The position numbers and the translations under genes are program-made. The notes under the pieces were generated by a model. It had not been told where the DNA came from and made no database searches. It saw only the letters and a list, made by a program, of their open reading frames with translations. A stretch of DNA of 64,000 bases, from positions 321,222,001-321,286,000 of the forward strand of contig OZ024740.1 in the NCBI GenBank assembly GCA_964016885.1. The letters are read 5' to 3'. How positions within the stretch are numbered: position 1 is the first letter of the stretch; each line of letters begins with the position of its first letter. This document shows, piece after piece, positions 12,430 through 27,239 of the stretch. The DNA comes from Eledone cirrhosa. Its lineage: Eukaryota.

Positions 12430-14790
12430 ATCAAATTTCTTTCGTTGCACATCTGCAACATCATCATTGTGCCTATTATGTTTCCTCCTGTTGTATTGTA
12501 TGTCTACGCCATTTTCATTTTAATTAATTAATTTATTTCTTCTTGTCTCTGTCTCTTCACATGTGTTTGCGTGTATGTATAGTGTTTGGTGTGTGTGTTT
12601 GCGTTTGAGTGTATGTGGTTTTTTTTTGTATTCTATCTTTGTTCACTAGTGCGTGTTTATATGTGTTTTTTTGTTGTTATTGTACTTGTGTATATATGTA
12701 TATATATTTATTTAGATTTCCCTTAAGTCAATATTGTTTGTTTGGGTATGGTTGTTGTTGTTATTCCATTCATTTTTTTCTGTTTAACTTCGGTCTTCTT
12801 ATTTCTATCTCAGTTTCTTCTCTGATTTGCCTACCTGTAGAGTCATTTCTATGCTTAGATATTATTTTAATTTCTATGTTGTCTATACTATATTACCGTC
12901 ATGTTTTTGTCTGGCGTGTTCATATAGTACTGAACCGTTTTTTTTTGGTCTTTTTAGCCCCCCCCCCCCCCCCCCCAGTGTTGGTCTATTCTTTCATCTC
13001 TGCTTCGAGCTGTCTCACCTATGTATGTCGTTTATGTTTCTGCAAGTACCCTCTGTACATCTTATGCTATAGACTACATTTCTAGTTTTACAGTTTATCT
13101 GGGGGTTCATTTTACATATAACACATTTCTTATTTGTACAGTGGGTTTTCTTGCTGATCAGGGATTTTATGGTAGTTCCTGGTTTTTCTACCACTTTAAT
13201 CTTTAAATGGGTCTTTCTTAGGGCCTTTCTACATTGGTTAGCTAATTTCCTTCCGGGGGTAGCATCCACGAACATGACACTCTGGTATCTCTGGTTGTCG
13301 TACCATGAAGTGGCTTTCCCTATTTTATGTTTAGTTCTATCTAAGCTATTCCATGATTTTCTCCTGTATAATGGGCAAATTCCTTTCATGTCCATTTATA
13401 TGAGGGTCTTATACTTCTCCGTGGCTCCTTCGTATACTCTGATTCTGTCTCTTTGGTTGTAGCCAGAGAACTGGATGCGGTTGATGAAGTGTTGGATGTG
13501 TCTTTTTATTTCAGATGGGTCGCACATGCGGGACACATTCTTCATTACTCTTACCAAGTCTGCGATCATAATATTAAACTTAGCACTATTGAACATTGCT
13601 GAGTTTTTGAGTATCAGGTATTTGGAGGCCATTGGTTTAGCATAGTGTGAGTGGAGAATTTGGGCCCTCTCGTCTATAGTGTTTATCCAGAGTTCCGTGT
13701 CTAATACTGGTAGTCTATTGTTAGGATGTTTGGAATGGTAATCAACAGTTACAGTTATACTCTGGTGTATGGAGTTAGCTATCAGCTGGATGCTCTCCAT
13801 TGTGCTATTTTCTAATTTATGTTTATTAGTATTCTCTTGTGGGGGTGTTCTTATTACTATATTAATATCGTCTACGTAACGAGAGTACATGATGAGGTCT
13901 ATGGAGTTCTCTTCAAGGAGTTCTCTGAGTCTCCTCTCCCACCATACAATAAATAGATTGGCAACATCGCCAACTATGCTGACGCCAATGGCTGCTCCCT
14001 CATTCTGGGTGTAGATCTTTTCGTTAAATTTAAACATATGGCCATTTAGAGTAGTTTTAATACTAGCCCCTATTGCATTGCAACCATTTTTCTCACCTGA
14101 TCATTGTTTTGGGGTGTCCGTCTGGCTTTGGTCCATCCATTCCATCTTCCCATGGGAGTCTTTTTAGCCATTGAGGTTATGGTAGGGGTCTACCTCTTAT
14201 AGGTCTACTGGGGTAGAAACTGCTAAGGTCATGGTTATCTAGGTACTCGGTGTCATAAGTAAGTCTAAGTAGGAGGCCCAGTTCATCTGTGTTGACGTCG
14301 CAGAACTCTACTTCGCTCTCACTAATTATTTCTACACATTTTTTCCACAGCAAAATCAATGTTAATGGATGGGTACAGTGATACTACATCCATATTGCCT
14401 ATTATGCAATTAGTTCAGTTTTTGTTGTTATTGCATTCATTGATTCTGCTGAGGAGGTCCTCTGTGCTGTCACATATATCTGTGGACATCTTAATTATGG
14501 GGCGTATAACCATAGAGAGAAAGTAGGAGATCCTGTAGTTGCTAGAAATATTGGCTTCGCGTTATTGGTTATCGAGTTGCTGGTTGTCTTATGGTCTTTG
14601 CGGAGCCCATATAAGGGTGGGATGTCCTTGTTAGACGCTTGGAAGTTGTTGGCTGTGCGTCTACTTGGCTTTAGGATGTCGGTCCACATCATCATGTGAG
14701 CGTTGAGGAGTAGAGTTTCAGTTCTTTTAGCCTCTCCCAGTAGCTCATCTCCTTCATCGTGACAATCCTCTTGGTGTAGCTTCGTTAGAT
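12040..14790 (-). mobile_element. Penelope-like element, decayed (RT + GIY-YIG + 3' pLTR with hammerhead)
   Basis: IPPLYGLRKDHK, GNMDVVSLYPSI, YTQNEGAAIG, YSRYVDD, LPVLD, NCKTRNVVYSIRC; frameshifts and stops. Confidence 0.9.
12081..12147 (-). ncRNA. Type I hammerhead ribozyme in Penelope 3' region
   Basis: Reverse complement: TATTTTAT CTGATGA GGAC-GTACTG..CAGTAC-CTCT GAAA T-ATGT-A TA^ ATAAAATA; 8-bp stem I. Confidence 0.85.
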
Positions 14791-14829
14791 TGCCTCAAGC
14801 TCCGTGGTTAGTTTGATACTATGGGATGA

Positions 14830-16760
14830 CCACAGTTGGGAGCAGTAGTCCAGGCGGCTTAAGACAAATGTCCTCCATAGTATCAACATGGTCTCTCGGT
14901 CTCTTGTCCAGAAAGTCCTAAGATCTAGCCAGCGAGTCTTCTGCACAATGTCGCCACCCTCATGATGTGTGAAGAAAAAGATGCATCGTTGCTCATGTCT
15001 ATCCTCAGGTCTCGTATCGATTTCGATCCCTCCTGTTCCGTTGTAGCTGTGTTGTACTGTCTTTGTGTTAGCAGGTTGGTATTATAGTGCTTAAAATTTT
15101 CCAGCATTAAACTGCATATTAACCTCAGCCCATTTGTGTATGGCATTCAGATCTTGTTGTAAAAGGGCAGTATCAGCCGGGTTTTTGATTGCCTGTGCTA
15201 CCTTTGTGTCATCAGCATAGCTAGTGAGGGATGTCGTATGTACTACAGAGATCATGTCTGAGAGAGAGCCACCAAAAACAGTAATGGTCCCAAGACTGTG
15301 CGCACCCCACTTGTTATTGATGTTATTTCCTTTGAGAGGGCCCCATTGGCTGCAACTGTCTAGCTTCTGTCTTTTAAGAAATCATGCAGCAACTCACCTA
15401 CTGTTCCAGTTATGCCGAGTCTGTGTAGTTTGTGACATATCATTCCGTAGTCGACCCAGTCAAAGGCCTTCGCAAAGTCAAGATATATCACGTCCACATG
15501 TGAGATGTCCAGCAGTTGTTTCAGTACCCAGTCGTAGTGATGTAACAGCTGTGTAAAGCAGCTTCTTCCTGGGCGAAAGCCATGCTGCGTGTTAGTTAGG
15601 CGGTCATTTTCCTCAAGGAACGTGATCAGTTTCTTTCTGGTGATTCGTTCCATGACCTTACTGATATGTGACGTCAGGGAGACAAACCTGTAGGTTTTGG
15701 CCTCTGCTCTGCTTCATCCTTTATGGATAGGGCATATTGTACCGTCTTTTAGTTCCTGGGTAGTTTACCGCTAGCCAAGGAGCTTCTGAAGAGGATCTTC
15801 AGTGGTATTGCTAAGGCACGCTTACATGTTTTTAGGAGGACTGCTGGGAATCCATCAGGTCCAGCATCTGAGTTTGTTCTTATTTCTTCTATGGCGGATA
15901 TCACATCTTCCTTCGTTATGTCTATGTGGTTGATGGTCGCCATTTCTTCGTGGAGTGTTGTGGCATAAAAGAAATCCTCTGGCTTTGTTATTTGCATGTG
16001 CCTCAATGGGAGTGTGAACACACTTTTGTACTGTTCATTCAGTATTTCACTTATCCCTTAGGGATCCTCGGTTAATGGACCATTTTTATGGAAGAGTGGC
16101 CCAATCTTGCAGTGCACCGAGGCAGTTTCTTTTACACATTTAAAGAAGGCCTTAGGGTTTGTTTTAATATTTTCTATGGCCCTGGCTTCTCTCTTTCCCC
16201 CCTGCTTCTCGTGGGAAAGTTTGAGTGCAGGTTCAATTTCAAGTAGTACCTGTTTCAGACAGGGTTCCTTCTTGTCTTTCTGTTGTGCATTTAACTGGTT
16301 CAAGAGATTAGTTCTTCGTCTCATAATGACTTTCCTGTCACTGGGAATAAGATTTTTGTGTTCGTTGGCCTTTTTCTCCAGGAAAAACGTATGGCATATA
16401 GTTTGTATTGTTGTCATGAAATGTTGAAAATGTGCGTTGGTGTCTTGTGTGGTGATGTTGTCGCTCCAGTTTTTCTTCCGGATCTCTTTCTTGATCTTTT
16501 TCTAGTTAGCCTTGTGAAAGTTTAGGCTGGATAAGTTCCCGGTGCTGCTTAATGGTTGCGTCTCTAGTGACTCTCTCAGACCACATATCATTAGTTCTAC
16601 TAAGTTATGATCCGAGAAAATTGTTGATGTCACCTTTAAAATGTGGATGAGCACTGCGTTATTTGTAAAGCAGAGATCCAAGACATTTTCGCCTCTTGTT
16701 GGGTTAAAGTCTCTCAGCATCAGAATGCTGAGACCCTGGTTCAGTTTGTCAAGGACTTCT
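14830..16760 (-). mobile_element. CR1/L2-group LINE, decayed (APE + RT)
   Basis: PTRGENVLDLCFTNN..SDHNLV, AGPDGFPAVLLK, QHGFRPGRSCFTQLL, VDVIYLDFAKAFD, SYADDTK. Confidence 0.88.
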
Positions 16761-17349
16761 TCCATCCTTCTGAGGCTATCCTCAAACTTACCTTCATATA
16801 TGTAGTATAAATGTATAAGTATACATATACAGGGTGATATATAAGTAACCGAGCAGTCCAACATTTGTCCTTGTCAATAGTAACTCATACATTTAATCCT
16901 GTATGTTATTTATAAATACACGCTGAACATTTATATAATTACATTCTAGAAATAAATTATTAAAATATCATTTTTATCTTTAATCATTTCCACGTGTGGA
17001 AGTGAATCAGCATAAACTATAGAGTTTCTCTTACCCAAACCATTAATTTATGAAAACGCAAATTTTCCAGTTTGTTTAATTGATCCAATGTATGGTCTTC
17101 CACGTATCAGTAATCAACAAAAACTATAGGGTTTCTCTTATGCAAAGCATTAATTTATGAAAACGCAATTTTCTCAATTTGATTATTTATCTATCCGGTA
17201 ATCATAGTATACATAGTATACCAACCCTGTACTCTCACCAAAATTCAATACGTTCAACGCCATTGCTGTATTTATTGACACGTACACCAGTACATAAAAA
17301 TAACAGGCTGTAAATACTTGAACTGATTGAAAAGGAAATGATTTCTTAC

Positions 17350-17439
17350 CTCAGAAATATCGATTTTACCATCCAAGTTAACATCAAAAGCGTCCATAAA
17401 CAACTCTTTAGCATCATTGAACACTGTCTCTGATACAAC
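17350..17439 (-). CDS. Cbp53E: Calbindin-32/calretinin-family protein, internal exon (EF-hand 2)
   Basis: Minus strand tctctatttacag|GTT...GAG|gtaaga; 90 nt, phase 0/0; VVSETVFNDAKELFMDAFDVNLDGKIDISE with canonical 12-residue EF loop DVNLDGKIDISE. Confidence 0.93.
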
Positions 17440-18472
17440 CTGTAAATAGAGAAAGTTGTCTTAATGACATAGTTTGTAGAATCATATACAGTTGAAGCCG
17501 CTTATTGTGATCAGAGGTGTATCAAAACGTGCTAGAAGAAGGGCAGTCATTCCCAGGTTCATGTGGGAAGCAGTTCAAAATTTCCTCTAATCTTTTATGC
17601 CTGTTAATTAAGGTGGTTACACCAAACGTATCATTGCTTCAGCCCCACTGCAGGCGCTGAGAGCCCCTAGTTACACTCACGATTTTGATCAGTTCCAGAC
17701 GAAGCCTTTTCGATATCGATAATTGTGTTATGTATGTATGAACCCGTAACTCGGAATGCAGTCGTAGGGCCGCCGTATTGTCATACGACGTTTCTATGAC
17801 ATTTTAAAACCTGGCGGAGCCCATCTCCTCTCCAGGTTTGAACACAGCAGATTTCTTCCAGAGAAGGATAGAGAGTGAGAGAATGGAAGTGAGAAAGAGA
17901 TATAGAGGAAGAATCGACCCCAATACTAGACTGGTACTTTTTTTATCGACCTTAAATTGATGAAAGGCAAAAATGACCTCTGCGGGATTGAACTCAGAGA
18001 GCAGAGAGCCGGGACGAATACTGCAAAGCTTTTTATCCGACCTCCTAACTACTCTTCTAATTTGCCGCCTGTATCATTGGTTATAAGATTAAGTAAATAC
18101 ACAGTTTTAGGCCCGCTAATTGCAATAACAATAACAGACTAATAACATTATTTGTGATTACAATAAGCAGATTCCACATAAGACACTCAGGAACAACAAT
18201 TGTAAACACAACAGTTGTTACCTGTATCAGGTAACATAAATGTCGGCAATATATAACAGGGAAGAAGAACTTGTTAATTATACATGACGAACAATTCCTT
18301 GGTTTTCAATGTTCAGTTTAAATCCGTTTAAATTCTCTTATTGGTATGTAAAACGGTGGACACCATTCCAATGTATCGTGTACCACTGAACCGTCGACAA
18401 CATTTAAAGAATCCTTTTATTGATTATCTGGCCGCGAAGAAGAAGATTCATTTTTTATCAAAGTATTATATA

Positions 18473-18545
18473 TTGGGTCGTTAAGTATGAAATTTGTTGT
18501 CTTTTTTCTAGCAATTTCTACAAATTTCATACTTGACGACCCAAC
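18473..18545. mobile_element. ~72-bp mariner-type micro-MITE
   Basis: TIRs ttgggtcgttaagtatgaaatttgt / acaaatttcatacttgacgacccaa. Confidence 0.7.
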
Positions 18546-18899
18546 ATTTATCCATTTCAGAATCTTATAAGAACATTTATCACAATCGACTCAAAACATA
18601 TTTGGTGTTTAAAAGAAACAATATTTGCAGAGTTTAAGTTTCTATGATTCATCCTCAGCCATACCATTCCATAAGTACATGGTAAGTTCATTCGATTTTA
18701 CGCTGTAAGCTCTGTTTATATGAGAAATTATTTCAAGATGGTGATGGATTTAATTAACGTTCCGGGATGTTACCTTTCATTTTAATTTAATTAATTAATT
18801 AATTAATTTATTTATTTATTTAGCTATTTATGTATTTATTTGCTACAAAATACTTTACGTTACGGGTGGAGATGTCCGGATTTGTGATCAAGGCAATGA

Positions 18900-19440
18900 A
18901 ACTGGGGCGACAAGAGAGCCGATGCATTCCAAACTCGTCAATCATGGATTCACAACAGCACTTAGGTGGTTGATACACGTGGAGGCAAAGTCGCAGGGCA
19001 ACTCCGATGTAAGCACACTCATCATCAAGAAGCGTACCGATTGATAAAGATGGCACCAAATTGAACTACGCTCCATCGTTTGACAGACCAGATACAGGCG
19101 AAACGCTGTTGGTTGCGCCGGCTGAATTGCACTTGGTATCGTGTCAGTTGCCTTAATCACCTGCATATAGAGGGGCGGTAAAGTCATCGCCAATCTTGAC
19201 GGCCAAACCCGACTCGAGTACCCGGTCAGCATCAGTTTCTGATGTTTTGCAGAGAATCTCATGGATCAGGATGAGGCTGGAGACGATGAATGGAAAGTAG
19301 AGTGATAGTGCAAGGTCAGGTGTTGAGCTGAGGTTGAAGCTACTGAAACTCACAAGGAGTTTCACCTGTTGCCAGCATGTGTCATCGAAATTTACATTGC
19401 AAGTCAATATTTTTGAGACCCATTGACCTTGTTTCAAATT
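18900..19440 (-). mobile_element. CRE-like (RLE) non-LTR fragment
   Basis: CWQQVKLLV..DLAL; LLDDECAYIGVALRLCLHVYQPPKCCCESMIDEFGMHRLSCR (CCHC region typical of CRE-like elements). Confidence 0.7.
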
Positions 19441-19986
19441 TGGATCCGCTTTACAGAATTACAACCGGAAAAGATCTCTGGGGAATGAAATTGAAATGCT
19501 TCAGTTTTAGTGTAAACATTTTTATGAAATCCAGTTTAGCTTTAATTCTATTGCAAACATAGAAGAAATGCATTGAATGTAATCCTGACTGCTTATTATT
19601 TGTATTCAATGAGGCCTGCTTACATTTCTCTGACATTCACTTCAACACTGAACAATTTTACAAGAGGATTCCATTATTACTGCCACTTTTCTAGGGAAAG
19701 TACATGGCCTAATGCTTAGAGTGTTGGAGTTGTGGTCATAAAACCGTGGGTTCGTATTCCTGGACTGATCGGTACGTTGTGCTCCTGAGTAAAATTATTT
19801 GTTTCTCTTTTTGTCAGGAGTTATGACTGGCAAATAATGGAAAGATCAATAGAAGCATCGTTTCTTTCGCCTGATTTGACGATGAGCTTCTTTCCTTTTT
19901 TATGTCAAAATGTCAAAACAGATAAAATAATTCTTAATATAAACTGTAAACCAAACATGAAGCGTAAAATACGAAGTTCCGCCTAC

Positions 19987-20072
19987 CTCTTTACCATCGC
20001 CTGTCTTTAGAACACTTGTGACAAGTTCTCGCAGAAAATTCTCAAGTTCGCTTCCTGCAATAAAGCCATCAC
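19987..20072 (-). CDS. Cbp53E: Calbindin-32/calretinin-family EF-hand protein, internal exon (second half of EF-hand 1)
   Basis: Minus strand tttcag|GT...AAAGAG|gtaggc; 86 nt, phase 1 to 0; translates (G)DGFIAGSELENFLRELVTSVLKTGDGKE, resembling GNGYIEGTELDGFLREFVSS of insect calbindin-32. Confidence 0.9.
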
Positions 20073-20269
20073 CTGAAACAGTCCAAAAATGTAGAAAAGA
20101 TGATCTTTCTTAATGAAATAGGAATATTCTCTCCTAATATTCTAATTAACATAAACGAGATTTATTTACCATTGGAACGGATATTAATAAATCTCAAGTA
20201 GCCATCTTCATAGTAGACTTTGATACATGATTAAGAGTACCTCGACTATTATCAATATACATGTGTGTC

Positions 20270-20378
<109 letters not shown>

Positions 20379-20519
20379 GCGCACACGTGTGTGTGTCTTG
20401 TTCCAAACTAAGCATAAAGAACTGATGAGGAAATAAGAAAAACATTAATAAAAAAAATGATCAAAGTGGAGCATAATCATGTTTTCAATATAACATGTTT
20501 GAAAGAAAGGCTGACCCAA

Positions 20520-20556
<37 letters not shown>

Positions 20557-20561
<5 letters not shown>

Positions 20562-20672
20562 AACAAGTAAGACCCCGACGGCTGAGCTCAAGCCGTTTCG
20601 ACGGCTAATTCTGGACTGAATTAGCCGTCGAAACGGCTTGAGCTCAGCCGTCGGGGTCTTACTTGTTCCTAT
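20557..20672. repeat. Perfect 55-bp-arm palindrome built from a hammerhead 3' half
   Basis: Arms 20557-20611 and 20618-20672 are exact reverse complements; contains GAAA CGGCT..AGCCG TC^. Confidence 0.9.
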
Positions 20673-20748
20673 TACCCACTCTACTACCCTAAGTATTGAG
20701 TACTTTGGTGCGTTATGGTCCACCTGGTTCCTTACCACATTTCCTTCG

Positions 20749-20801
<53 letters not shown>

Positions 20802-20867
20802 CACAGCTGATACATAAAAGTAAGTATGCATATGTACACACATATATATATATATATATATACATAC

Positions 20868-20974
<107 letters not shown>

Positions 20975-21060
20975 TGTATATACATACGTATATATACATA
21001 TACATACGTATGTGTATACATACGCGCATATGAATATGTATGTATATATGTGTGAATATA

Positions 21061-21629
21061 TACAACCTATCTCATGGTCGGGTCGTTGGCGACTAAACTG
21101 GCAACCCCACTAAGGTTTCTTGGTGAGGAGGGTGACTTTGGACATCCTGCAGGACTAAAAACTAAAACCTGTCAAAGGGCAAAGGAGCTCTTAAGAGTCA
21201 ATGGCCATCCAAAATCACTGGGAGAGATGACCCCTTAGCCTTTGTCAAGGCAGAATTCTAGGAGAAGGAAAACTCTGATATAACACCTGCAACCCTGATG
21301 GTATCCAATGATGTTGACTTGTTCTTCTTTTTGGTAAATATCATCTTGGTTAAGAGAGTGGGACTGGCTTTGTGCAGTGCCTTTGCTCACTATAAAAGCT
21401 TCACGGCACAGGCATTTCTTTATATCTGGAGATCTCTCTGCACTTGTCATCACATGGTACCATGGGCCCAGCACTATGTGTCAATAATTGTCACAAGTGT
21501 CGTGTTTGTACCAGAGTTTTCAAGTCGCTGGCTGGACTAAAAAGTCACACTCGTTCAGCGCATCGGTAGGGGTTCTCCTACATGGATATAAAGTAGTGGC
21601 CGTACTCGAAAACGAGTTGGCAGCCACCA
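21061..21629 (+). mobile_element. Second copy of the non-autonomous RTE-like element (slightly 5' truncated)
   Basis: Near-identical to the reverse complement of 691-1260. Confidence 0.75.
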
Positions 21630-21681
21630 TATATACAGATATGTATATATATATATATGTGTGTGTACGTATGCATACTTA

Positions 21682-23439
<1,758 letters not shown>

Positions 23440-23821
23440 CAAGAAGTGTAAGTCAACAGGTTAAAATTAACTTCGTTTATTCATATTTGTATATATATAC
23501 AGTATATATTTCGGTGATAACCATAATTCAATAGTTATGACCTCATCAGGCAGCTAGAACTTGAACAGAAAAAAACAGAGAAACATAATGGTGCATATGC
23601 CGCCAGTTCTTTGGATTAACAACACCACTTTTTGGATCTGGGCATGTCAACGAATTAACAAGGTAAACTCTATTCCACCATTATGTTTTCCTGTTTTTTC
23701 TCTCCAAGTTCTAGCTGCCTGATGAGGCCATATCTGTTGAATTATGGTTATCACCGAAATATATATTGCAGTGAATATGAATAAACGAAGTTAATTTTAA
23801 CCTGTTGACTTCCACTTCTTG
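23440..23821. repeat. Fold-back cassette (arms 23440-23593 / 23677-23821) with a hammerhead core in each arm
   Basis: Arms are reverse complements with some mismatches. Confidence 0.85.
23715..23771 (+). ncRNA. Type I hammerhead ribozyme
   Basis: CTGC CTGATGA GG..CC GAAA T-ATAT-A TT^ GCAG. Confidence 0.7.
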
Positions 23822-23919
23822 TTTTAAATAACTCCGGAGGAAACAGACTCACCTACACACTTCAGTGAGTGCTCTAACCTGCATAATGAAGTGTCGGTAA
23901 GCAACCAACACAAACTCAA

Positions 23920-23993
<74 letters not shown>

Positions 23994-24904
23994 CAGTCCA
24001 TAACTTTTTCCTCCATTTCTAAATATTCATCCAGAAAAAACGCCTTCACGTTTTTTTTCTGTCGTTACATTAAAGTACACACATATAAAACCTTCACTCA
24101 GTTGACATGTCTCCAGGCATTTCAATATCTATCATTACGAAAACAACATCCACAATACATTCACATTTTCATTAATCCATCATGTCATTGTATATATTGA
24201 ATAACTAAGAAGATATACCTGATAATATAACTGATAACTTAGGAAAAGATTAGCTGAAGTAATCTTCTGAAAATTATATCTTAATGTACTTAATGATTTC
24301 AGATTCATTTCTGAATTTTTCATATTTTTCTTTGTTTTTCTGTTTTTATTTTAAGGCCAGCAAAAGTCCAGTTGCCTCAATTTCACCTCTCACCTCCTCA
24401 TACACACACATACACTTACTCACTCTCAAACACACACACACACATACACACACACACACTCACTTACTCACACATACATACACACACATACACACACATA
24501 CACACACATACACACACATACACTGACACACATACGCGTGCGCGCGCGCGTGGTTGTCTGCCCAAATTAATGTGCAAGTACAAAGTTAAGCATTTCACAA
24601 ATCGTGCACCTTTAACGCAGTTCTCAAAGAGACACAGTGTATGACAAGTTTGGCCTTTGAATTATAAGTACAACCTATTTTTGCCAGCCGAGTGGACTGG
24701 AGCAGCATGACCTAAAGTGTCTTGCTCAAAGGAAAAGAACACCAGGGAATTCAATGTGATGTCGAGCCTCCGGATATCTTCCCTGATGACTCCAACCATC
24801 TTGTGCGCGGTCTGCCCCGTGGCCTCTTCCAGCCGCTGTATCGAATGAGAATAAGGCCCTGGTAGGATGATCTGGTGGAAAGCAGAGCACATGTCCGCAC
24901 ACAT

Positions 24905-25560
24905 GACTTTCTATATTTATTGAAAACAGCTTTTCTTTGAAACTTATATAAACAACACGATTATGTTCCAGTTTTATTTTATTAAAAAGAAATATTTTCG
25001 TACGACTTCCTTGCAGTTTGTTTGGGATAATAAAGTCGCCTAATCCATCATCAAACTGTCTTGGTCTTTGTGGTCTCATCTTCTGGATGAAGTAATGTTA
25101 GCGTCGACTGCTGCTTTTTTAGAGTAGGCAGTGCCAATGTGATTGGTGTCGATATTATTTGTCAGAATTTGAAGTTTTGACCGTAAGGTTTATATGAATG
25201 TATAGTTGGGTTTGTGATTAATGTACGTTGTCTGTTTCTTTATTTCAGCATCGTGCTGGGCTATGAGTATCGCTTCCATCATTAATCCTTTATTTTTGTA
25301 TGGAATTCCGTAGAATAGAGATATGTTGTCCACTAATGTTTTCCTCTTTAGTTTTATGCTTTGTGCTGTGTAGTGTATTGCAATTGTTCCACGCTGTAAG
25401 TGCAAGTTGAAGCGATGATAGAGTCATACTTATATGGCGTATATAACACTTGGAGTCGTGAAGTTTACAATATTTACGTTCACAATCAAATTTGTAATTT
25501 CCGTTGGTCATTAGCACGACGTTCAAGGATAAAATAAACGCCCAGATAATATATACTCAT
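24905..25560 (-). mobile_element. Penelope-like GIY-YIG fragment
   Basis: NVV..KFDC..C..CYIRH..TLS; TLVDNISL..LMMEAILI; degenerate TTGATGA...GAAA motif near 24995-25055. Confidence 0.6.
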
Positions 25561-25813
25561 GACAAAGAAATTAAACACTTCCTGGCTGGTGGCGTATAAG
25601 TTTAACGTTCAATGTTACTCAAATTGATCCTGCATGCTATGGGGCAATATACGCTAACATTCTTTCATCCAGATGAAAACGTGAAAATCTAGAAACTTTG
25701 CTGTTCCAAATAAACAGCGAGGAACTCGAACGATAATATGAGCAAACCGTGATAAAAAATAGAACAATAGGAAATGATTGTCTTTAATACCATACACACA
25801 TTATGTGTGTGTG

Positions 25814-25869
<56 letters not shown>

Positions 25870-25870
25870 A

Positions 25871-26749
25871 AGTATAGAAATTATTGTAGCAAGAAGCCAA
25901 CAGTATTCCATAATATATAAGTGACTATAGCGTCAAAATGGGAAAATAGTTAACGTAAGATGTGGGAAAAATAATTCAAACTCAATTCAAAAAGAATCAG
26001 GATATAGATTTATCCAACAGAATTTAGTGAAATCCAGGGAAAAATCAATAGAGCCTTAACTCATGATAAAATGAAGTCTAAAATACTCATCCTTCAATTT
26101 GGAACAACTACAAATGCTCTGTATAGTCTTGAAAAGACTATTTCACGAAAACTTTCAGTGGGGATGGTCACGGTTGGAATTCGATCCTCAGCAGAGCTCA
26201 ACATGATAACCAAAATCTCACTGATTAATATGCCAAAAAGGGAATTTAAAAGCAGGCTAGTTTAACATCATGCGTGATTATGAAAATAAAACGCACATGT
26301 GGAAAAACAGGGCTGGTGACGTCAGAATGAGACGAATGTTTCTTTACATGAATCAACAGTCAAAAACATTCCGAAAAAAACTCTACAATAAGGAGTTCAG
26401 AAAAAAGCAATATTATCGCGGTTTTTTTTTTAAATACCGGGATTAGTCACAAATAATTTAAGCACTCTAGGAAAGAAATCCGAGTATAAATATATAAATG
26501 AAAAGTATAGAGTATAGAAATTATTGTAGCAAGAAGCCAACAGTATTCCATAATATATAAGTGACTATAGCGTCAAAATTGGAAAATAGTTAACGTAAGA
26601 TGTGGGAAAAATAATTCAAACTCAATTCAAAAAGAATCAGGATATAGATTTATCCAACAGAATTTAGTGAAATCCAGGGAAAAATCAATAGAGCCTTAAC
26701 TCGTCATAAAATAAAGTCTAAAATACTTATCCTTCAATTTGGAACAACT

Positions 26750-26755
<6 letters not shown>
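25871..26755 (-). mobile_element. Retrozyme/pLTR-like unit: 640-bp period, 245-bp terminal direct repeats, internal hammerhead
   Basis: 25871-26115 repeated at 26511-26755; flanked by (TA)n; no ORF. Confidence 0.75.
26116..26197 (-). ncRNA. Type I hammerhead ribozyme with full stem III
   Basis: Reverse complement: GCTCTG CTGAGGA T-CGAA..TTCG-T GAAA TAGTCTT-TTC-AAGACTA TA^ CAGAGC. Confidence 0.88.
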
Positions 26756-26781
<26 letters not shown>

Positions 26782-26783
<2 letters not shown>

Positions 26784-27215
26784 CAGTTTGGCAGGTGAAT
26801 TTGGTAAAGCTGGCCATTTATCGTTCGTATACAGGAAACTGACTGGCCAGTCTGCTGATATGCAAATCCGGCTGATCAGTGGATCTGCTAATATGCAGAT
26901 CTGACTGATCAGCCAGTCTGCTAATATGCAAATCAGGCCGATCAGCCACTGTGTATGTTTGAAAATAGCATATATTTTCACTAGCTCTGACAGTTTGGCA
27001 GGTGAACAGTAAGCTGTAATGATGAAGGGTGATACCCAGAAACATTAGTGTCTGCAGTTCTGTTCGCATGCCAACATAAGAGCAAGAATGAAGTGTTCAT
27101 TCTACTGACATGACTATAAAATTGAGGCTTGTTTGCATAATTGCAAACGAATCGAATGTTATTATTAATATTCGTAAAACTCAGATTACATTTATTGTAT
27201 TCAGCCATGTAGAGC
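26782..27215 (-). mobile_element. Penelope-associated 3' region with internal 30-bp repeats
   Basis: Homologous to 56660-56955 (+), which is joined to a GIY-YIG fragment; ctgatcagccagtctgctaatatgcaaatc occurs 3-4 times. Confidence 0.6.
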
Positions 27216-27239
27216 GAAATTTTCTTATATATATATATA

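Noticed and set aside
24218-24325. Candidate first calbindin exon MKNSEMNLKSL...
   Set aside because: No similarity to the expected FxxVWxHYDxD helix and only a weak splice donor
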